A DNA stretch of 64,000 bases from Burkholderiales bacterium. Its GTDB lineage: Bacteria > Pseudomonadota > Gammaproteobacteria > Burkholderiales > Casimicrobiaceae. Numbering within the stretch: the first letter of the stretch is position 1; each line of letters begins with the position of its first letter. Below are positions 57,921 to 64,000 of this stretch, piece after piece. The notes under the pieces were generated by a model, which did no database searches, had not been told where the DNA came from, and was given only the letters and a program-made list of their open reading frames with translations. A program made the translations under genes and the position numbers. The stretch spans positions 38,542 through 102,541 of the forward strand of contig JANXUB010000222.1 of NCBI GenBank assembly GCA_025352105.1, given 5' to 3'.

Positions 57921-59147
57921 ATGAAACGTAACTTTCACGCCGCTCTTTCTTGCCTGTTGCTAACGCTCGCTTTCTCCTCGGCCGCGCAGCAATCGACCGA
58001 TGGAGCGGCGCAGGTGCCGGTTCCGGCACCGCAGGGATTCGTCGTCGACACCACGGGGCGACTCACCGCCTCCGAGCGCGAGCAACTGGTTGCTGCGGCG
58101 CGGCGACTTCAGACCGAAACCGGCGCGCAGTTGTTCACGCTGATTGTGGATCACACCGACCCAGAGACCATCGAGGACTACGCTCAGCGTGTCTTCACGT
58201 CGTGGAAGCCAGGTCAAAAGGGCGTTGACGACGGGCTACTGATGCTTTTCGCGCCGAACAATTCATCACGCAAGATTCGCATGCAAACGGGATACGGCCT
58301 GGAAGGCCCGCTGCCCGACGTGACCCTAAAGCGCATTTTGGCAGAACAAATTCGTCCTGCACTGGAGCAGGGCGGACCTGCGAAGGCGGCGCTTGCGGGT
58401 GCGGAAGCTGTTCGTGTGGCCATCACGTCGACCGGGTCGACAGCGCAGAACGCGAAGTCCTCGCGCGGGCTTGATGGCGACGATCCGTGGTGGAAATTAT
58501 TGGTTGGAACGATACTGAATTTCGTGCTGCTGCTGTTCGCGATTGGCTTCTTCAAAGGGCGGCGCGAGCGCGTGACTGCTGCGATTGGATGCGCGGTCGT
58601 TTGTGTGTCCGCTGGTGCGATCTACTACTGGGAGGCCGGCGCGCATCCCATCGCGATGCTCGCCGCAGCCTGGGCGCTAGTGCTAATGTGGCTGCTCATT
58701 GCATTTGCCGGCAATCGGCCGCCTGCCTCAGTGCAGACTGAAGTTCCCCACTTGAAACGGGGCGATCGTGAGATTGCGGCTGCGGCTTTGCCCTGGCGTC
58801 CAAGGGTGCCCACGCTTATAGCGAGCTTGTTTGCACTCGCGCTTCAGATTGCGCTGGTTATCAGCTATGTGAGCCGCACGGCGGTCACTTTGATGCTGTG
58901 GGTTGCCGCGCTGGTCGGAGGCCTTACGGTGATCGGTCTTTGCCAATGGATGGCAAGCGCGTTCAGCCCCGCTGTCCTTGCTCCACTCGGCGGTCGCGGT
59001 GGTCGCAATGCCAGTTCTGATGATTGGACAAGCACTTCGGATAGTGCACCGGGGAATTCGGGCAGTGATTCCAGCAGCAGCGATTGCGGAGGTGGCAGCG
59101 ACTCTGGCGGCGGTGGCGATTCGGGCGGTGGTGGCTCGTCGGAGTGA
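57921..59147 (+). CDS. TPM-domain (YgcG-like) membrane protein, paralog 1
   Basis: signal peptide, TPM block ETGAQLFTLIVDHTDPETIE...GVDDGLLML...GYGLEG, multi-TM region, C-terminal GGGGDSGGGGSSE. Confidence 0.8.
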   Translation: MKRNFHAALSCLLLTLAFSSAAQQSTDGAAQVPVPAPQGFVVDTTGRLTASEREQLVAAARRLQTETGAQLFTLIVDHTDPETIEDYAQRVFTSWKPGQKGVDDGLLMLFAPNNSSRKIRMQTGYGLEGPLPDVTLKRILAEQIRPALEQGGPAKAALAGAEAVRVAITSTGSTAQNAKSSRGLDGDDPWWKLLVGTILNFVLLLFAIGFFKGRRERVTAAIGCAVVCVSAGAIYYWEAGAHPIAMLAAAWALVLMWLLIAFAGNRPPASVQTEVPHLKRGDREIAAAALPWRPRVPTLIASLFALALQIALVISYVSRTAVTLMLWVAALVGGLTVIGLCQWMASAFSPAVLAPLGGRGGRNASSDDWTSTSDSAPGNSGSDSSSSDCGGGSDSGGGGDSGGGGSSE

Positions 59148-59285
59148 TAGCGCGAATGCGCTACTGCACCAGCGCGCGCGAGTCCTTTTGCGTCCAAGTC
59201 AATCAACTCGTCGCCGCGCTCAATAATGTTGCTGTAGCCGAATGCTCAGTTGAGCGATGGGCTACCGCGGAATCGAAGATTTCGG

Positions 59286-59409
59286 CTAGCAACTTTGCGA
59301 TGTAATGACTATTATCATTGGGCTACAGCCGGTTTTAGCCATAAGTCGAGTATCGGAAAAAATAGCCGTTGGCCTATATTAAAAAACGGTTACGGCGAAT
59401 AGCTGTTAG
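59286..59409 (+). repeat. copy 7 of ~125-bp nested-palindrome intergenic element
   Basis: ctagcaactttgc...gggctacagcc...aagtcgagta...ttggcctatattaaaaaacgg...gaatagctgttag. Confidence 0.7.
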
Positions 59410-59533
59410 ACGGCCAACGGCAATTTCACAAATTCCGGAACGCTGCGCAAGGTGGACGATGGCGTTTGCGATGCGGCTAATACGTCTGCAATAACGCCCG
59501 CTGACTGTGGTTGGCGGATTGGGGGGGGAACCG

Positions 59534-60802
59534 ATGAAACGAACACTTTTCAGCCACATCTTTTGTTTATTGACGCTCGCTTTCGCGTCCGCGCTGTTTG
59601 CGCAAACGAGCGACAGCGCCGGCATGGTGCCCGTGCCTGCATCGCAAGGATTCATCGCCGACATGACCGGGCGACTCACCAAAGCCGAGCGCAAGCACAT
59701 CGTCGACGCCGCGCAACAATTGGAGAGCGAAACCGGCGCACAACTTTTCACGCTGATCGTTGATCACACCGATCCAGAAACGATAGAGGAGTACGCACAG
59801 CGCGTGTTCACGACCTGGAAGCCCGGCCGTAAGGGTGTTGACGATGGCCTGCTGATGCTCTTCACGCTCAACAATTCGTCGCGCAAGATGCGTATGCAGG
59901 TCGGTTACGGACTTGAGGGCAAGCTGCCCGACGTCACGGTCAAGCGCATCCTTGCGGAGCAAGTTCGTCCCGCGCTTGAAAAATCAGGGCCTGCGGAGGC
60001 CGCGAACGTAGCGCTGCAAGCTGTGCGCAGCGTCTTGAATCCGACGGGCGTTGCGAAAACTGGCAGCGCCGAGCAGAGCCCATCGACCTCGGCGAAAAAG
60101 GCCAAGCCAGTGGGAAAAAATATCGATACCCCGGAAGAGGGCTGGCTGCTGCTCGGCATCGCGCTTCAGATCGTGACGGTCGTCATCGCGGGCTTCTTGT
60201 TGACGCGCCGCCTGCCGCTCTGGTTCAAGCTGGTGATCGCGGTCGCCGCGTGTGTGGCGATGGCGACGATTTATTTTTACGCGGGCGTGGGCGAGTGGCG
60301 CTCATGGCTTGGGATCGCGTGGATTCTCGTTGCAGTTTCGGTCGTCGTTTCCGTTGGTAATTCGGTGTCGGGCACCACAGGCAAAACCAATCCAAGGGCG
60401 CAGATCCAGCACGCCAAACGTGCGAAGCCCGCCAAATTGCACGGCAACAAATCGTTTCCGTTTAACTCGGCCACAACGAGCGGCCTCGGCTGGACGATTC
60501 CGCTCGCTTCAACGCTCGCCATCGTGGCGTGTGCGTTCGCGCCCGGCGAGGTGGGTCTGCGCGTCATCGCGGGATTCTTCTGGGTGGCTTGCGGCTGTGC
60601 GCTGTGCTCTCTGATGATCAACTCGCTGTTTCCAAACCCCGTGCGACGGGGTGGGCGCAACAGCGGCGATGGCTGGAGCAGCTCCAGCGACAGCGGCTTC
60701 AGCTCCAGCAGCTCCGGCAGCTCGGGTGGCTCAAGCGACAGCGGATCATCGAGCGATTCCGGTGGCGGCGGGGATTCGGGCGGCGGCGGCTCGTCGGAGT
60801 GA
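59534..60802 (+). CDS. TPM-domain (YgcG-like) membrane protein, paralog 2
   Basis: same architecture as paralog 1; TPM domain roughly three-quarters identical by eye, same C-terminal GGGGDSGGGGSSE. Confidence 0.8.
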   Translation: MKRTLFSHIFCLLTLAFASALFAQTSDSAGMVPVPASQGFIADMTGRLTKAERKHIVDAAQQLESETGAQLFTLIVDHTDPETIEEYAQRVFTTWKPGRKGVDDGLLMLFTLNNSSRKMRMQVGYGLEGKLPDVTVKRILAEQVRPALEKSGPAEAANVALQAVRSVLNPTGVAKTGSAEQSPSTSAKKAKPVGKNIDTPEEGWLLLGIALQIVTVVIAGFLLTRRLPLWFKLVIAVAACVAMATIYFYAGVGEWRSWLGIAWILVAVSVVVSVGNSVSGTTGKTNPRAQIQHAKRAKPAKLHGNKSFPFNSATTSGLGWTIPLASTLAIVACAFAPGEVGLRVIAGFFWVACGCALCSLMINSLFPNPVRRGGRNSGDGWSSSSDSGFSSSSSGSSGGSSDSGSSSDSGGGGDSGGGGSSE

Positions 60803-60964
60803 GCTGCCCGTCCGGATGCACGACATTTTCGACGCCGTGTTGCCGGATGGCGCACACACCGAACACACTCCGCCGCGCCGATTTTTAGTCCATAGCCGCA
60901 GCCTTCATTGTTGCGCTGCACCATTTGCAAGCATCATTGATTCGAGGCAGATATACTGCCTTGC

Positions 60965-61957
60965 ATGAATATTGCAGTAGACCCTGTCGCCATTTTGCGA
61001 CGCGCGCTCTCGGTTCTCACGACTGAAGCGGAGGCCATTTCGGCGGTTGCTGCGCGCCTGAGCGGCGCGGCGGGTCAGCCGATGGTGGCGGCTGTGCAAA
61101 TTGTGCTCTCTGCAACAGGACGTGTCGTCGTTACCGGCATCGGCAAATCGGGTCATGTCGGGCGCAAGCTGGCGGCTACGCTCGCGTCGACGGGTACGCC
61201 CGCATTCTTTGTGCACCCCGCCGAGGCGAGCCACGGCGACATGGGCATGATCGCCGCAGACGACGTGGTGATCGCGCTGTCGAACTCGGGCGAGGTAGCG
61301 GAAGTCAACGCGCTTCTCACGCCAATCAAACGCGTTGGCGCAAAGATCATCGCCATCACTGGCAACGAGCAGTCCACGCTCGCGACAGAAGCCGATGTCA
61401 CGTTGAACGCCGGTGTTGTCGAGGAGGCCTGTCCACTTGGCCTCGCTCCCACCGCGAGTACGGCCGCCGCGATGGCCCTTGGTGACGCGCTGGCGATGGC
61501 GTTGCTTGAGGCGCGTGGCTTTACAGCGGAAGACTTCGCGCGCTCGCATCCGGGCGGATCGCTCGGGCGAAGGTTGCTCACCCACGTCAGGGACGTCATG
61601 CGCACCGGTGAGGCGATTCCCACGGTTCCCCTTGGGGCCACGCTGTCTCAGGCGCTGTTCGAAATTACTGGTAAGGGCATGGGCATGACGGCGGTTGTCA
61701 ACGCCGACGGCACGCTGGCGGGCATGTTCACCGACGGCGACTTGCGGCGCTGTTTGCCCAAAGTGAGCGATTTCAACGCAGCAAAGGTGTCCGAATTCAT
61801 GACGGTTAATCCAGTCACGATTAACCCGGACGAGCTCGCCGTGGAAGCCGTCGGACTGCTCGAATTGAAACGCAAAACCCAGCTTCTTGTCGTGAAAGCG
61901 GGCAAGCTGGTCGGGGCGTTACACATGCACGATTTGCTGCGTGCGAAGGTGGTCTGA
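60965..61957 (+). CDS. kdsD: arabinose-5-phosphate isomerase (KpsF/GutQ family)
   Basis: SIS motif GIGKSGHVGRKLAATLASTG plus a C-terminal CBS pair. Confidence 0.9.
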   Translation: MNIAVDPVAILRRALSVLTTEAEAISAVAARLSGAAGQPMVAAVQIVLSATGRVVVTGIGKSGHVGRKLAATLASTGTPAFFVHPAEASHGDMGMIAADDVVIALSNSGEVAEVNALLTPIKRVGAKIIAITGNEQSTLATEADVTLNAGVVEEACPLGLAPTASTAAAMALGDALAMALLEARGFTAEDFARSHPGGSLGRRLLTHVRDVMRTGEAIPTVPLGATLSQALFEITGKGMGMTAVVNADGTLAGMFTDGDLRRCLPKVSDFNAAKVSEFMTVNPVTINPDELAVEAVGLLELKRKTQLLVVKAGKLVGALHMHDLLRAKVV

Positions 61958-61959
61958 TC

Positions 61960-62517
61960 ATGGCAAAACCAGTGCGACCACTCACTGTTGCTGATCGCAT
62001 GCTTGCGGTGCGCGCGCTCGTGTGCGACGTCGACGGCGTGCTGACCGATGGCAAGTTAAATTACCTCGGCGGCGAAGAATTTAAATCGTTCTCGGTGCTC
62101 GATGGGTTCGGCATTACGCTGGCCAAACAAGCCGGCTGGAAAGTGGCGTTTCTCACGGCGCGCGGCGGCCTCGCGGTCGAGCGTCGTGCGACTGAGTTGG
62201 GCGTCGAACTCGTCAGCGGCGAGCGCAATAAAGGTACTGCGTTTAACAAAATGTGCACTGACTGGAACCTGCCGACGGCGCAGGTCGCCTACATCGGCGA
62301 CGACTGGCTTGACTTGCCAGCGATGCTCGTCGCCGGGCTCGCAGCGACAGTGCCCAGCGCGGCGGCGGCAGTGCGCCAGCGCGCCCATTGGCTGTCCACG
62401 CTTGAGGGCGGCAACGGTGCCGTGCGTGAATTGGTGGAAGCCGTTTTGCGCATCCAGGGGCGGCTGGATGAATTGCTGAAACCGTATCTGGCCTTGCCAC
62501 CGGAATCATTGCCATGA
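61960..62517 (+). CDS. kdsC: 3-deoxy-D-manno-octulosonate 8-phosphate phosphatase
   Basis: HAD motif I DVDGVLTDG; position after kdsD. Confidence 0.88.
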   Translation: MAKPVRPLTVADRMLAVRALVCDVDGVLTDGKLNYLGGEEFKSFSVLDGFGITLAKQAGWKVAFLTARGGLAVERRATELGVELVSGERNKGTAFNKMCTDWNLPTAQVAYIGDDWLDLPAMLVAGLAATVPSAAAAVRQRAHWLSTLEGGNGAVRELVEAVLRIQGRLDELLKPYLALPPESLP

Positions 62518-63158
62518 GCACCTTTATCTGGCGCCGTCGACAGGATCGGCTTGCGGCGCTGTTTCCCGTGATCGCGATTTCGATATTTGCCTTGCTCACG
62601 TTCTGGCTGGATGCGCGCGTCACCGAAAGCGCGCGAGCGCAACAGAAATCAACGCAGCCCGCGCCCGATCATTTTTTGCAGAATTTCAAGATTGAGCGAA
62701 CCGCTGTAGATGGGCATGTCGAAAGCACGATGATCGGACAACGAGCGACCCATTTCCCCAATAATCAAACCACGATTGTCGACCAGCCGCGCTACGAAAG
62801 CCAGCCCGCAGGCAAACCCAAAATGGACGTCGTGTCTGCGCGCGCCGTTCTCAAAAGCGCAAGTGAAAAGGGTGGCATTGAGCAGGTTGATTTTTCCGGA
62901 AAAGTCGTGGCGCGTCAGGGGCCGAGCGAAGGACGCGAGGCGGTGACTTACGAGAGCGAGCAGCTCACCGTTTTCCCAAAAACGCAGCTTGCGCAGACCG
63001 AGTCGACCACCCGCACCGTCAGCGGTGATCGCGTCATGACGACGCAGGGATTGCGCGTCGACAATGAGAAAAAGCAGGGGCAAACGACCCGCGGAATTGA
63101 AATTGAGTTGCGTCCAAAAGATGCGGGCAAAGCCACCGAAACAAAGGAAAAACCATGA
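62514..63158 (+). CDS. lptC: LPS export protein LptC
   Basis: N-terminal TM anchor, OstA-like beta jellyroll; conserved kdsC-lptC-lptA-lptB order. Confidence 0.8.
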   Translation: MSTFIWRRRQDRLAALFPVIAISIFALLTFWLDARVTESARAQQKSTQPAPDHFLQNFKIERTAVDGHVESTMIGQRATHFPNNQTTIVDQPRYESQPAGKPKMDVVSARAVLKSASEKGGIEQVDFSGKVVARQGPSEGREAVTYESEQLTVFPKTQLAQTESTTRTVSGDRVMTTQGLRVDNEKKQGQTTRGIEIELRPKDAGKATETKEKP

Positions 63159-63787
63159 AACCTAGAGCGCTCCTGGCGGCAGCGGTGATGCCCGCTTTTT
63201 GCTTGCTGATTCCGATGTACGCTGTAGCTGAAAAAGCGGATCGTAAAGAGAAAATACTGATCAACGCCGTTGACGGTGACGCCGACCATGCCAAGGGTTT
63301 TTACAAGCTCGAAAAGGCGGTCGTCATCACGCAGGGCACGCTTAAGCTTACCGCTGATCGCGGCACCGCGCAGACCACGCCCGACGATAATTACAACGCT
63401 GTTTTGAACGGTAAGCCGGTGTGCTTCCGTCAACGAACCGACAACGGCGACTGGGCGCAAGGCGTGTCTGATCGCGCGGATTATGACAGTGGCAAGGGGA
63501 TTGTTGAGCTGTTCGGCAATGCTGTCTTGTTCATTGGCGAAGACCAGACCGTCGCCAACTACATCATCTACAACACGCAGACGAGCAAATACGAAGCGCG
63601 TGAATCAAAAGCGAGAACCAGCGAAGGCAAGGGCGTGAGCTTTGTCCTGCAACCGCGCGAAAAAGACGAGTCCGCCCCCGCCGAAAAATCCCCGGATAGC
63701 ACCGCCAAACCCGTCGTAAAAAAACCAGTCGTCAAGTCCGCAACTCCTCCCAAGCGCAATGAGCCAGCTTTCAGCCGTTGCGCTTAA
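63155..63787 (+). CDS. lptA: LPS transport periplasmic protein LptA
   Basis: signal peptide, OstA N-terminal domain (ADRKEKILINA...LTGNVV-like). Confidence 0.85.
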   Translation: MKPRALLAAAVMPAFCLLIPMYAVAEKADRKEKILINAVDGDADHAKGFYKLEKAVVITQGTLKLTADRGTAQTTPDDNYNAVLNGKPVCFRQRTDNGDWAQGVSDRADYDSGKGIVELFGNAVLFIGEDQTVANYIIYNTQTSKYEARESKARTSEGKGVSFVLQPREKDESAPAEKSPDSTAKPVVKKPVVKSATPPKRNEPAFSRCA

Positions 63788-64000
63788 AAAGCGCTACAAA
63801 TCGCGCACGGTTGTGCACGATGTGTCCCTGACCGTTGACAGCGGTCAGGTGGTGGGTTTGCTCGGGCCGAACGGCGCAGGCAAAACCACCTGTTTCTACA
63901 TGATCGTCGGGCTTGTCGCTGCCGACGGCGGCGTGATCAAGCTTGACGATAGCGAATTGACACATCTGCCGATTCATGAGCGTGCCCGCAAGGGCTTGTC
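63769..64000 (+). CDS. lptB: LPS export ABC ATPase LptB (5' part, runs off the window)
   Basis: MSQLSAVALKKRYKSRTVVHDVSL...GLLGPNGAGKTT Walker A; not in the ORF track because there is no stop in the window. Confidence 0.88.

Noticed and set aside
3314-59409. Whether the recurring intergenic element could be a CRISPR array or its remnants
   Set aside because: The copies are dispersed kilobases apart, are ~125 bp long and only moderately similar, lack regular spacers, and no cas genes are present.

Overview
GC-rich chromosomal segment that looks like a Burkholderiales-type betaproteobacterium: Bug/TctC binding protein, gshB-EIIA(Man)-HPr block, kdsD-kdsC-lptCAB block. The taxon is inferred from gene content only. 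In order, the window holds: rubredoxin; a complete Xps-order type II secretion cluster (gspE-F-G-H-I-J-K-L-M-N/C-like-D, 273-11737), followed by a lipoprotein, two exported proteins and a parvulin-like chaperone; a Ser/Thr kinase plus OmpA-lipoprotein module; an M14 peptidase; pgk-gap-tkt; an ABC ATPase-permease-rhodanese operon; an RND efflux operon with a divergent TetR regulator; a stand-alone MetH N-terminal domain gene; HPr/EIIA/gshB; pyrE; xth; an orphan CoxE-like VWA gene; small hypotheticals; a GNAT; a PaaK-like ligase; a DUF4160/DUF2442 pair; a homoprotocatechuate (hpa) meta-cleavage cluster; two tandem TPM-domain membrane paralogs; and kdsD-kdsC-lptC-lptA-lptB (truncated at the window end). 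I found no rRNA, tRNA, CRISPR array, transposase or integrase. The most unusual signal is non-coding: seven same-orientation copies of a ~125-bp nested-palindrome intergenic element that I cannot assign to a named family, alongside three other palindromic repeat types. Other points worth a second look are a lipoprotein secretin with a likely cargo module downstream, a ~60-aa insertion in transketolase, and a convergent junction where both the metH and the pts operons appear truncated at a (TCCG)6 microsatellite. All functional calls come from motif and family recognition by eye; no searches were run.
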